Assembly (NCBI GenBank): GCA_045593365.1
Contig: JAZNWO010000060.1
Coordinates: forward strand, 3,350-67,349
Reading direction: 5' to 3'
DNA: 64,000 nucleotides
From: Candidatus Avelusimicrobium sp.
GTDB taxonomy: Bacteria > Elusimicrobiota > Elusimicrobia > Elusimicrobiales > Elusimicrobiaceae
The position numbers and the translations under genes were made by a program. The notes below the pieces were generated by a model. That model was not told where the DNA came from, did not search any database, and saw only the letters and a program-made list of their open reading frames with translations. Positions 21,105 through 30,270 of the stretch are shown one piece after another. Position 1 is the first letter of the stretch, and the number at the start of each line of letters is the position of its first letter.

Positions 21105-22154
21105 TTACCGTAATAACCACAAACACATAAAGTAAGTAACGGTTAACACTACCCCGACGGGTACTGCTACACGGGCCCATTCGCGGCTTTTAATACCTAA
21201 TTTTTCCGCCGCAACAATATTGGGCAAATTGCCTTGTACCAACATACTGCCGAAGGCCACCAGTCCCAACACCATATACATTAAATTATCCAAGGTAACC
21301 GTCGGAGTGACCTCTATAGCAGCCAGGGTGGCATTATCTATAACTACTGACGCGGAATTAGCCCAAAATAAAATTTTACCGCTTAAATGCGCTACCGTGC
21401 TTTGCGCAAACGGACGCAGTCCCATACTAATCAAGTGTAAAGCCGCCACAAACAAATAAATATGCCAAGTGCGGCGCAGCATGGACTTATAATCCTCTTT
21501 ATCTTCACGGATATGCAGCTGGGTTTGTGTATTGGCATTACGTACCGTATAACCTGCCGCCACTGATAATGCTGCTACACCCGGCGCAATCCACCAAAGG
21601 AAATGCTGCAGCATAAAAAAGAAATTCGCCCGGTATCCTCCAGAAGCTAACTGGTTGTGAATCACTAACCCTAAGGGCTCCGCCAGCGGCAGCAGCACGG
21701 CCCCTAACCCGATAGCATAACAGGCACAAACTGTCACACGGATAGTTTGCTCCCGTTCCAAATTAACTACCTGCAGTACTTCCGCTAATACCAAGGCGGC
21801 CACCGTTACACTAAATACGCTGCTCGTCATTCCTAACAAGAAAACTAACACAGCAAAACTGTATTGCGGTTCCAAATACCGGAACAATATAAACAAGACA
21901 CGGAATACATATCGAGAATAGTAATTAAAGATAACACTCACTACCAGCACGATAAATGCCACATTTACCGGAGCATTAAGTGTTTGGTATAAAAATTGCT
22001 TGCTCCAACCCTGTGTTACCGTAACAGCAGCCACTCCAACCAGCAGCAGAAACACCTCCAAATGGTTTTCTACTTTTTTGGATACCAGGGGCCATACCAA
22101 CAAATTGACAACGATAACAGCCAGCAAAATTTTCATCAGTAAGGTGACTTCCAT
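21105..22154 (-). CDS. DUF1646-like membrane protein (putative ion transporter)
   Basis: KKVENHLEVFL, DNATLAA and GNLPNIVAAEKLGIKSREWA motifs; multiple TM segments. Confidence 0.75.
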   Translation of the reverse strand: MEVTLLMKILLAVIVVNLLVWPLVSKKVENHLEVFLLLVGVAAVTVTQGWSKQFLYQTLNAPVNVAFIVLVVSVIFNYYSRYVFRVLFILFRYLEPQYSFAVLVFLLGMTSSVFSVTVAALVLAEVLQVVNLEREQTIRVTVCACYAIGLGAVLLPLAEPLGLVIHNQLASGGYRANFFFMLQHFLWWIAPGVAALSVAAGYTVRNANTQTQLHIREDKEDYKSMLRRTWHIYLFVAALHLISMGLRPFAQSTVAHLSGKILFWANSASVVIDNATLAAIEVTPTVTLDNLMYMVLGLVAFGSMLVQGNLPNIVAAEKLGIKSREWARVAVPVGVVLTVTYFMCLWLLR

Positions 22155-22255
22155 ATTATGTATTTTACTAAAATAAATATAGTTTTCCGTGAAATTTTTG
22201 TGTGTATTTTTGTAGAATATAAGTGGAAGTATTTACTTTATTTAGGAGACAACAC

Positions 22256-22897
22256 ATGAAGAAATTAGTAATTGCCTTATGCGTGCTGGCCGCTCCCGCT
22301 GCGGTTTTTGCCGCTGATACCTGCAACTGCCAAGCAGGAGATGCCGACTGCTATGTCAGCTGTGTACAAACCAAAGTAGCTGCCGGACGCCAAACCATTG
22401 CTGCCAAAGCGCAAACCAGCAAGCAAGCCAAAGCCGCTTTGAAAGCACAAAAAGAAGCTGCCAAGGCCGAGCTCAAAGCCAACAAAGAGGCTGCCAAACA
22501 AGAAGTAGCCGCCAAAAAAGAGGATTTGAAGGCTGCTGCAAAGGCTGAAAAACAAGCCTTAAAGGAAACGGTTGAAGCCAAGAAAACCGCCACGCAAGCC
22601 GAAGTGGAGGAACAAAAAGCTATTTTGAAAACCAAACAAGAATTAGCTGAAAGCAAAGTAGCCGTTGCCAAAGCCAGCGCTGAGGCTAAAGTGCAAGCCG
22701 CCGAGGAAAAAATCTCCCAAGCCAAAGCCGCGGTAAAGAACGCTTCTACAAAAGAAGAAAAAGCAGCTGCCAAGGCAAAATTAGAAGAAGCCAAAGAGGC
22801 TTTAAAAGCCAAAAAAGCTGAGACAAAAGAAATGGTAAAGAATACCGAGTCTAGTGCCAAAGCCGAATTGGACGCCTGGAAGGCCTTAGCAAAATAA
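22256..22897 (+). CDS. Secreted Ala/Lys/Glu-rich coiled-coil protein
   Basis: Signal peptide MKKLVIALCVLAAPAAVFA; AGGAG RBS; low-complexity helical body. Confidence 0.75.
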   Translation: MKKLVIALCVLAAPAAVFAADTCNCQAGDADCYVSCVQTKVAAGRQTIAAKAQTSKQAKAALKAQKEAAKAELKANKEAAKQEVAAKKEDLKAAAKAEKQALKETVEAKKTATQAEVEEQKAILKTKQELAESKVAVAKASAEAKVQAAEEKISQAKAAVKNASTKEEKAAAKAKLEEAKEALKAKKAETKEMVKNTESSAKAELDAWKALAK

Positions 22898-22912
22898 ATT
22901 AGTTTGATACCC

Positions 22913-22938
22913 AACCCCCCGCCGAAAGCGGGGGTTTT
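22913..22938. terminator. Intrinsic terminator between convergent genes
   Basis: AACCCCCCGC-CGAAA-GCGGGGGTTTT. Confidence 0.75.
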
Positions 22939-22956
22939 ATTTTGTATATATACAAA

Positions 22957-23472
22957 CTACTTATAACTCCAACGTATCAAATTATATTTTGCACTTGAGT
23001 CGCCATTCCCCGTCTTACCTGCTTCTGCCTTACAAATCCGCGCACGCCAATCCTGTTGGTCTGTAGTTCCCAAAATAGCACACGAACGCAACCCGCTGGA
23101 CGCATCTTTTCTATATTCCATATTTATCACAGAATCCTCACACCAAGAAATTCCAGCTGTGTTTTTATCTATTTCACAATTTCCCCAATCATAGTAGCGA
23201 TGGTGTTTTTGCAAATCCTGTTCATCCTCTGCTTCTCCGCTGATAGTACCGCCAGGCATATCGATATCCAATTCATCAAAATCAGTGGAGTACCGCCCGT
23301 TTGCCAAATAATACACTACTTGTGCTTGAGAAATTGCTTCCACTAAGTTTTTAAGTCTTACATAGCGTGTCTTTGCTACTGCCACACGATATTGCGGCAA
23401 GGCAATGGCCGCCAATATGCCGATGATAAGAACAACTACTAATAATTCAATCAATGTAAATGCTTTCCTCAT
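22957..23472 (-). CDS. Type IV pilin-like protein (short leader)
   Basis: [28 protein letters not shown]. Confidence 0.92.
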   Translation of the reverse strand: MRKAFTLIELLVVVLIIGILAAIALPQYRVAVAKTRYVRLKNLVEAISQAQVVYYLANGRYSTDFDELDIDMPGGTISGEAEDEQDLQKHHRYYDWGNCEIDKNTAGISWCEDSVINMEYRKDASSGLRSCAILGTTDQQDWRARICKAEAGKTGNGDSSAKYNLIRWSYK

Positions 23473-23506
23473 TTTTTCTCCTTTCTTTTAATTTCCGGAT
23501 ACTAAA

Positions 23507-23533
23507 ATTATGCCAAAAAAAAAAACGAGTCAA
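23507..23533 (-). promoter_or_regulatory. Poly-T spacer promoter P3: TTGACT-CG-T11-GG-CATAAT (15-bp spacer)
   Basis: Read directly. Confidence 0.75.
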
Positions 23534-23598
23534 GGGGTACTGTTTTTGGCGCAGCAAATGGCCTTCAAAAAACGGCAATAAAAAGAACATCAAATAAG

Positions 23599-23730
23599 GT
23601 TGTCATCCCCGAGGAATGTTGTCGGGGATATCCTGCTTATGGGCCGTTGTAAAATAAAGGAGTTTTTTCCTTATTTAATAAACGACACCCATAAGGGAGA
23701 TTCCCGACAGCGACACTCGGGAATGACGAC
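23599..23730. repeat. CGTC-type REP doublet between divergent pilin promoters
   Basis: GTTGTCATCCCCGA..TCGGGGATATCC ... GGAGATTCCCGA..TCGGGAATGACGAC. Confidence 0.85.
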
Positions 23731-23806
23731 TTTTTTATTTGTCGGGCGGAGCACAACCTACATTTCCATATTTTCAGCATAAAACTTAAAAAAGTGAAGG
23801 TAGGCC

Positions 23807-23834
23807 TTGACTCGTTTTTTTTTTTTGGTAAATT
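23807..23834 (+). promoter_or_regulatory. Poly-T spacer promoter P4: TTGACT-CG-T12-GG-TAAATT (16-bp spacer)
   Basis: Read directly. Confidence 0.8.
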
Positions 23835-23916
23835 ATCTATAGCTGTAGATTGCAAGATATTATTTGTTGACTTGCCTTGCGACTCGTCGCAAGAGTACAA
23901 AAAGACAGGAGACAAT

Positions 23917-24600
23917 ATGAAAGAAATAATAAACAAAATCATAAATAAGGTCCATCCTGAGAATACATTACTCAGGATCTACAACTTCCTGGGTAGTTGC
24001 TTTTATCGCAAAACAACACAAAAGGGAGAGACCCTGAATTACAACATTTCAGGGTGGACTTCTTTTTTAGGTGTGCGGGCATTTACACTCATTGAATTAT
24101 TAGTTGTTGTATTAATCATCGGCATATTGGCGGCGGTGGCGCTGCCGCAGTACCAAGTGGCGGTACTCAAAAGCCGCACCATGGGTTTCATGCCGCTCAT
24201 GAAGGCAATAGAAGAAGCAGAACTTGTGTATCGATTGGCTAATGGAAATTTTACCACTGATTTTACAGAATTGGATATAAGCTTACCCGGCGGTGGTAGC
24301 CTAGAAGAAGAAACATTAGAATCCGGGGTCTACCAAAACAAGTTGGTTTTTTCAAATTTCACTTGTTATTTACAAGACCAAAATCTGCCGGAAGATACCT
24401 ATGTTAAAGATAACTATATTTCGCTGACGTGTTCATACACTAATACAAATGCCCCAATACTGGAGCGGTATTTCTTACGTAACTATTGGTATTGCTGGGA
24501 CGGAAAAAGCGAAATGGGCAGTAAAGTCTGTAAGGCCATTTCCGGCCGCACGACCAACAATGATTCTAGCGGCAAGAAAGGTAAAGGATATACATTCTAA
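23917..24600 (+). CDS. Type IV pilin-like prepilin with 55-aa REP-derived leader
   Basis: Leader near-identical to that of 15416; [25 protein letters not shown]; ACAGGAG RBS (the GTG start in the ORF track lies in the promoter). Confidence 0.9.
   Translation: MKEIINKIINKVHPENTLLRIYNFLGSCFYRKTTQKGETLNYNISGWTSFLGVRAFTLIELLVVVLIIGILAAVALPQYQVAVLKSRTMGFMPLMKAIEEAELVYRLANGNFTTDFTELDISLPGGGSLEEETLESGVYQNKLVFSNFTCYLQDQNLPEDTYVKDNYISLTCSYTNTNAPILERYFLRNYWYCWDGKSEMGSKVCKAISGRTTNNDSSGKKGKGYTF
23950..24059. repeat. GTCCA..TGGAC palindromic doublet inside the prepilin leader (copy 2)
   Basis: Colinear with 15449-15558; stems conserved, loops differ. Confidence 0.8.
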
Positions 24601-24602
24601 AT

Positions 24603-25457
24603 TTAATGTAAGCCCAATTTACACTGGTGGTCTTTTTCAAATTTTTCCACGGCGGTTTTTTCTTGTAGCTTATATTCGCCGGTGCGGCGGATCAGCTCAT
24701 CAAAATCAATCGTGCGCGCGGGGAACATCGGACCGTCCACACACGCAAAGCGCACTTTGCCTTCCACGCTTACGCGGCAACCGCCGCACATACCCGTACC
24801 GTCTAACATAATCGGGTTTAAACTGGCATACGGCTCAATACCCAGTTCCACCATAAGTTTAGAAGTAAATTTCATCATCGGTATCGGGCCTATGACAAAA
24901 CCCGCCTGAATTTTCTCGCCGCCTTGTACGCACGCGCGCAGGGAATCAGTCACCATGCCTTTTTGACCGTAAGAGCCGTCGTCGGTACAGCAAATCGTTT
25001 CATCCGAAACCGCGCGCATTTGCTGCTCCAAAATCAGCAAACTTTTGGTACGTGCACCCAAAATAGACACCACGCGGTTGCCCGCGACTTTAAGAGCTTT
25101 AGCAATCGGATATACTTCGGCAATGCCTACCCCGCCGCCGATCACCGCCACCGTGCCGTAATTTTTCATTTCTACCGCCGTGCCCAACGGCCCAAGCACA
25201 TTTAAAAAGCAATCGCCTTTTTTGAGTGAATTAAACATAAAAGTAGATTTGCCGATAGATTGAATAATCACGGTAATCGTGCCTGCTTTTTCGTCCCAAT
25301 CTACCAAGGTAACCGGCACGCGCTCGCCGCCTTCACGTCCGCGCAAAATCACAAACTGTCCGGCACGTGCCGCCCGCGCGACCAAGGGTTTATAAATTAC
25401 AAATTTCATCACGATTTCATTTAATTGTTCTTTGACTAAAATCTCGTTTTCTTGCAT
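24603..25457 (-). CDS. nfnA: NfnA/SudB-like FAD/NAD-binding 2Fe-2S subunit
   Basis: ARAGQFVILR, GERVPVT, GGGVGIA and MLDGTGMCGGCRV motifs. Confidence 0.85.
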   Translation of the reverse strand: MQENEILVKEQLNEIVMKFVIYKPLVARAARAGQFVILRGREGGERVPVTLVDWDEKAGTITVIIQSIGKSTFMFNSLKKGDCFLNVLGPLGTAVEMKNYGTVAVIGGGVGIAEVYPIAKALKVAGNRVVSILGARTKSLLILEQQMRAVSDETICCTDDGSYGQKGMVTDSLRACVQGGEKIQAGFVIGPIPMMKFTSKLMVELGIEPYASLNPIMLDGTGMCGGCRVSVEGKVRFACVDGPMFPARTIDFDELIRRTGEYKLQEKTAVEKFEKDHQCKLGLH

Positions 25458-25458
25458 A

Positions 25459-26847
25459 CTATTCCCCCTCTAAATACGCATTGATTTTGCGCGCGGCTTC
25501 CAGCCCGTCTTTCATGGCGAGTAGTACCGTCGCCCCGCCGCGGATAATATCCCCACCCGCAAACACACCGGGCAGTGACGTTTCGCCTTTCTCGTTTAAA
25601 GCAATTACACCACGCTCGGTTACTTGCAAATCCGGCGTCGTTTTGGAAATGGTGGGATTAGGCCGCTGGCCGATGGCCACAATGATTGTGTCAGCGGGCA
25701 TCACAAAGTCAGAGCCCGCAATTTCCACTGGGCGGCGGCGGCCTTTTTCATCCGGCGCGCCGAGTTCGTTGCGTGTAAAACGCAGGCCCGTTACGCGGTT
25801 ATTTTCATCTTTGACAATTTCTTTGGGTGTGACTAAAAATTCAAATTGCACGCTTTCCTCCGCGGCGTGTTCCACCTCGGCTGCGCGCGCGGGCATTTCT
25901 TTGCGGCTGCGGCGATAGGCAATCGTCACCGACTGCGGTTGTAAGCGCATCGCACAGCGCGCGGCGTCCATGGCACTGTTGCCCCCCCCGAGTACAAGGA
26001 CGTGTTTGCCCACGTGAATAGGCGTGTCCGTCTCCGGGAATTTATAGGCCTGCATCAAATTAATGCGCGTTAAAAATTCATTGGCGCTGTATACGCCGAC
26101 GGCATTTTCACCGGGAATGCCTAACATCATCGGCAACCCCGCGCCCGAGCCGATATAGACCGCGTCATATTCTTTGCGCAAATCGTCTAGTTTAATCGTT
26201 GCGCCCACGAGCACGTCCGTGTGAAATTTCACACCCATGGCTTGCACGGTTTCCACTTCTTTATTAATCACTTCGCGCGGCAAACGAAACGACGGAATCC
26301 CATAGCGCAGTACCCCGCCGTAAGCGTGCAGGGCTTCCAACACGGTTACGTCATGCCCCGCGCGGCGCAATTCAGCCGCACACGCTAGTGACGACGGCCC
26401 TGAGCCAATACATACTACTTTTTTGCCCGTATTTGCCGCCGGAACAGGTACTTTCAAAACGCCTTGTGCACGCGCGGTGTCGGCGGTGTATCTTTCCAGA
26501 CCTCCAATGTTTACCGCGCCGAATTTGGCCTTTAATACACAATGCCCCTCACAATGTTTTTCCTGCGGACATACGCGACCACAAATGGCAGGAAGCAGGC
26601 TGGTTTTCATAATTTCAGAGGCCGCTTTGCCGATGTCGCCCGCTTTGACCGCAGCAATAAAATCGGGAATATGCACACCAACCGGGCAAGCATTTTGGCA
26701 CGGGTGCGCCGCACAATGCAAACAACGGTCCGCCTCCAACAAGGCCTCCTCTTGGGTCAAAATAGCGGCCACTTCTTCAAAATTATTGCGGCGCACTTGC
26801 GGCGCTTGGGCGTGACCGTTTTGGCGCGGCGCGGATGGACTCGGCAT
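25459..26847 (-). CDS. nfnB: NfnB/SudA-like (glutamate synthase small-subunit homologue) NADPH-dependent oxidoreductase
   Basis: EADRCLHC..CPV, ICGRVCPQEKHCE, GSGPSSL, GGGNSAMD and AGGDIIRG motifs; paired with nfnA. Confidence 0.85.
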   Translation of the reverse strand: MPSPSAPRQNGHAQAPQVRRNNFEEVAAILTQEEALLEADRCLHCAAHPCQNACPVGVHIPDFIAAVKAGDIGKAASEIMKTSLLPAICGRVCPQEKHCEGHCVLKAKFGAVNIGGLERYTADTARAQGVLKVPVPAANTGKKVVCIGSGPSSLACAAELRRAGHDVTVLEALHAYGGVLRYGIPSFRLPREVINKEVETVQAMGVKFHTDVLVGATIKLDDLRKEYDAVYIGSGAGLPMMLGIPGENAVGVYSANEFLTRINLMQAYKFPETDTPIHVGKHVLVLGGGNSAMDAARCAMRLQPQSVTIAYRRSRKEMPARAAEVEHAAEESVQFEFLVTPKEIVKDENNRVTGLRFTRNELGAPDEKGRRRPVEIAGSDFVMPADTIIVAIGQRPNPTISKTTPDLQVTERGVIALNEKGETSLPGVFAGGDIIRGGATVLLAMKDGLEAARKINAYLEGE

Positions 26848-26968
26848 AAAAAATCTCCTAATTAAAAAAGTAACTGGAAAAAAATCAGTTTATCAGTTAT
26901 ATTATAGTATATTGAAACGCTGCAATTTGTTATACAATATAATATATCAAGTCAGAGAGGAGGTAAGT

Positions 26969-27349
26969 ATGTGCAACAAATGTAATTCACTGGCAACTTT
27001 TATTTTAGGCGCGCTCATTGGCGCGGCCGTGGGTGTTTTATATGCGCCCGCCAAAGGGGAAACCACCCGACGCAAAGTTAAACGCTTGGCTAAAGAAGCG
27101 TACGAGGACGGCAAAGAGGAACTGGCTGAACGCACACAAGAGCTGCGTGATAAATTTTCCGCGCAAAAAGATGCCGCCAAGTTAAAAGCAGACGAACTCA
27201 AGGAATTGGCTGCCGAGAAAGCCGGCGAGATTAAAGAGCGTTTTAATGAAAAAGCAGCAGAAATCAAACTGCAAGCGCAGGAAAAAATAGACGAACTGCG
27301 CGAAAAAGCTGCTGACAAATTAGAAAAAGCCGCCAAAAAATTGCGCTAG
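26969..27349 (+). CDS. YtxH domain protein
   Basis: FILGALIGAAVGVLYAPAKGETTR; GAGGAGG RBS. Confidence 0.85.
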   Translation: MCNKCNSLATFILGALIGAAVGVLYAPAKGETTRRKVKRLAKEAYEDGKEELAERTQELRDKFSAQKDAAKLKADELKELAAEKAGEIKERFNEKAAEIKLQAQEKIDELREKAADKLEKAAKKLR

Positions 27350-27361
27350 TTTTGAAGGCAT

Positions 27362-27436
27362 AAAAACCCCCGCTTGTCAGAGGTAAAAATCCTGAAACAA
27401 GTTCAGGATGACCTTTATCTGAAGCGGGGGTTTTTT
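27362..27436. terminator. Bidirectional terminator with a REP (ATCCTGAAACAAGTTCAGGATGAC, 27389-27412) in its loop
   Basis: AAAAACCCCCGCT...AGCGGGGGTTTTTT stem enclosing a nested palindrome. Confidence 0.7.
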
Positions 27437-27440
27437 AATT

Positions 27441-27908
27441 CTAATACTCCCAGGAAGTATATCCTTCGTTCACTCTTCCCGCTCCGCCTGTTTCTGCTTT
27501 GCATAATTTATTAGTAGGAGCATTTTCATCCTCACTAAAAGCCACGCAAATCCGTTTTCTGGATCGCGCAGCAAAATTTCCGCTTATATGATCATAGTAA
27601 ACCTGATATCCCACTCTTCCCGCGGCGGTTGTAATATTGCACATGGATTGGGTGGCACTGATACCACACCATCGCTTGCTGTCATTAGCGGGAAAATCTA
27701 TATCCAAATCCTCTACGCTGGTTGTGTAGGAACCGTTTGCCAAGTAATACACTTCCTGTGCATTTTTGATAGCGGTAACTAATTGTTTAACTGTAGCATA
27801 TTGCGTTTTAGCCACAGCCATTCTGTATTGCGGCAAGGCAATGGCGGACAAAATACCAATAATTAACACAACCACTAACAGCTCTATAAGCGTGAATGCT
27901 TTTTTCAT
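27441..27908 (-). CDS. Type IV pilin-like protein (short leader)
   Basis: [28 protein letters not shown]. Confidence 0.92.
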   Translation of the reverse strand: MKKAFTLIELLVVVLIIGILSAIALPQYRMAVAKTQYATVKQLVTAIKNAQEVYYLANGSYTTSVEDLDIDFPANDSKRWCGISATQSMCNITTAAGRVGYQVYYDHISGNFAARSRKRICVAFSEDENAPTNKLCKAETGGAGRVNEGYTSWEY

Positions 27909-27931
27909 ATATTCTCCTTTGTTTCTTTTCT

Positions 27932-27964
27932 GTCGTCATCCCGCAGTGTCTCTATGCAGGATAT
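27932..27964. repeat. Single degenerate CGTC-type REP in the pilin 5' UTR
   Basis: GTCGTCATCCCGCA..TGCAGGATAT. Confidence 0.55.
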
Positions 27965-28040
27965 AAGGTTGTTTTCCCCTCCGGCCATAATCCGCATTAC
28001 AGGCTCTTGTGGGGTAACGAGGCCGCGGGGCTACCTCTGT

Positions 28041-28068
28041 AGTGTACCAAAAAAAAAAAACAAGTCAA
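28041..28068 (-). promoter_or_regulatory. Poly-T spacer promoter P5: TTGACT-TG-T12-GG-TACACT (16-bp spacer)
   Basis: Read directly. Confidence 0.8.
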
Positions 28069-28173
28069 GGAAAATGTTTGGGTCCAGGCACATTTGAGAC
28101 TAAAAGCCCCGACGAAAAAGGACAAAAAAAATTCCCGGGATATCCTCGGGAAATTAATTAATACAATATACTG

Positions 28174-28935
28174 TTAATCATAACATTCCCGGCCAAACTT
28201 ACACTCTTCCATGACAAAGTTTCTGATAAATAAATCTTTAGGTGCTTCCTTAATAGCTTTGTAAAATCCTTTGAAAAGTTGTGGATTTTCCGTTGCATAA
28301 AAATACTCAAGTTTTACCCGGAAGAATGTTCCTTTTCCCCTCCCTGCAAAAATTCGGTCCACCACTATGGCCTCGGGAATATATGCAACTTCATCCCCGG
28401 ATTCATTCTCCCTCATCGGAAATTTTATGACTCTTATGTAGTCGGTTGGATTTATTGAATGCTCTGTAGTTACCTCCCCCATATTGGAGTGATACCAAGA
28501 AGTCTCTCCTTTATGCAAATACTCTTCTGCCTCTTGTACAGAGGCCCCTTCATCTTCAACCGTAAATTTAGTAATTTCCAAAAAAGGATAATGCTTCAAA
28601 TATTTATCTTTAAAATTGTAAGAATTGAGGTTCGCCGCAACGGGCTCTTTCCAAGCGTAGGATTCCTCCATGACAAGGGGAATGCCAAAGATGCTCCATT
28701 GCCGCGGATTCTCCATTTCACGCACCAAAGCCGGCGTTTTTTTAGCTTGGTCATTATATTTCTTGATAGCTTTTGACATTTTTACATCCCGGTTTAAAAG
28801 ATGCTTTATTTGAGTATTCAAATACTTTTCCGCAATGACTTTTTTAATTCGAATTTCCGAATTAGTAAGAGCTTGACACATCGCTAGCTGAGGTATAAAC
28901 AACGCCGCTACCATTACTAATAACATTTTTTTCAC
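28174..28935 (-). CDS. Hypothetical secreted protein (ORFan-like, AT-rich)
   Basis: 253-aa ORF, GTG start with GGGGAGG upstream, signal-peptide-like N-terminus, downstream hairpin at about 28130-28152. Confidence 0.65.
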   Translation of the reverse strand: MKKMLLVMVAALFIPQLAMCQALTNSEIRIKKVIAEKYLNTQIKHLLNRDVKMSKAIKKYNDQAKKTPALVREMENPRQWSIFGIPLVMEESYAWKEPVAANLNSYNFKDKYLKHYPFLEITKFTVEDEGASVQEAEEYLHKGETSWYHSNMGEVTTEHSINPTDYIRVIKFPMRENESGDEVAYIPEAIVVDRIFAGRGKGTFFRVKLEYFYATENPQLFKGFYKAIKEAPKDLFIRNFVMEECKFGRECYD

Positions 28936-29088
28936 AAGGGCCTCCCCTACTACACTACGCTTATGGATAGTTTACAACTCGCGTGTGCAAAAAACCAGGG
29001 CCCTTGGGCCTATTTTCAATATGGGCCCGAAACGCACAAAAAAGCGGGAAAGACTAATGTCTTTCCCGCCACACTCAAAGCAAATACC

Positions 29089-30261
29089 TTATTTCACTTG
29101 CACTAAAGCAAAATGTAAATAATCCGTCTCCGGCATACCGATTAAAACCGGGTGGTCTTTGGCTTGTCCGCGTAGTTCCACCAATACCGCGCGCTTGCCC
29201 GATTTACTCACACCCTGGCGCAGAATATCTACAAATAATTCGCGCGAAATGTGATGCGAACACGTAGAAAATGCCAGATAGCCGTCTTTTTCTAATCCTT
29301 CCAAAGCCATTTTGACAAGCTTAACGTACAGCCCTACCGCTTGCGGCAACGCTTTGCGGCTTTTAGCAAAAGCAGGCGGGTCTAAAAGCACCATATCCGG
29401 TTGGTCAGGCAATTCTTTCTTTTTCATAGCTGACAACACGCGCTCGGCATCATCACGGTGATACACCGCAATATCTTTTACCCCGTTTAATTCGGCATTT
29501 TTGTTGGCAAATTCCACCGCCGCAGCTGAGGAATCTACCCCCCATACCTGTGCCGCTCCATTTAACGCCGCTAAAATACCAAATGAACCAATATACGAAT
29601 ACAAATCCACCACCAACTTATCTTTGAAATAGGGTTTTAAAAACGCGCGGTTTTCGCGCTGGTCATAATAATATCCGGTTTTTTGTCCGATGCGCAAGGG
29701 TACTTCAAACTTTGCACCATTCTCCTCAATTTGTACTATTTCCGGCACTTCCCCAATAATTTCGGGCGTATTTCCTAACCCCTCCAACCCGCGGAATGCA
29801 CTGTCGGCGCGGTATAAAATGCCTGTTGGTTTGTATATTTTCTTTAGCGCAGCGGTAATAGCATCCTTTTGTTTCTCCATGCCGGCGGTCAAAATTTCCA
29901 CCACCAAAATATCGCCGTAACGGTCTACAATCAATCCGGGGAGTTGGTCACTTTCGCCGTAGCACATACGCCCGTATTTACGCACGCCGATTTCCTTGCG
30001 GTAGTCATACGCTGCGTCCAAATGCTTAAAAATAAAATCCTCCGGCAAGGGCTCAGCTCCTTTTTGCACCAAACGTACGGCAATTAAACTATGCGGGTTA
30101 AAAAATCCGGTACCAACAGGATTGCCGTCGCTGTCCAGCACACGCACCAGCGTGCCCGGCTCAATAGAAGTGTCCAACTTGGCAATTTCGTTTGAAAAAA
30201 TCCAATAATGCCCAGCGGCAATACGGCGTTGTTCTTTGGGTTTAAGCGTGATGTCTATCAT
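29089..30261 (-). CDS. rlmI: RlmI-like class I SAM-dependent rRNA methyltransferase
   Basis: PUA N-terminus GHYWIFSNEI, GQKTGYYYDQRENR and LDPPAFAKSR motifs. Confidence 0.85.
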   Translation of the reverse strand: MIDITLKPKEQRRIAAGHYWIFSNEIAKLDTSIEPGTLVRVLDSDGNPVGTGFFNPHSLIAVRLVQKGAEPLPEDFIFKHLDAAYDYRKEIGVRKYGRMCYGESDQLPGLIVDRYGDILVVEILTAGMEKQKDAITAALKKIYKPTGILYRADSAFRGLEGLGNTPEIIGEVPEIVQIEENGAKFEVPLRIGQKTGYYYDQRENRAFLKPYFKDKLVVDLYSYIGSFGILAALNGAAQVWGVDSSAAAVEFANKNAELNGVKDIAVYHRDDAERVLSAMKKKELPDQPDMVLLDPPAFAKSRKALPQAVGLYVKLVKMALEGLEKDGYLAFSTCSHHISRELFVDILRQGVSKSGKRAVLVELRGQAKDHPVLIGMPETDYLHFALVQVK

Positions 30262-30270
30262 ACAAATGTC

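Noticed and set aside
23600-23782. 60-aa ORF resembling the prepilin leaders (GDSRQRHSGMT)
   Set aside because: It is just the translation of the intergenic REP doublet, with no pilin body or RBS. The same applies to 49954-50142.
25982-25989. C8 tract in nfnB
   Set aside because: It encodes the conserved GGGN dinucleotide-binding motif.
27976-28036. Plus-strand CCTCCGGCC..AGGCCGCGGGGCTACC resembling P2 of a c-di-GMP-I riboswitch
   Set aside because: It is antisense to the pilin, has no downstream plus-strand gene, and lacks the P1/GNRA and GACGCAAAG elements. Treated as an ordinary UTR stem.
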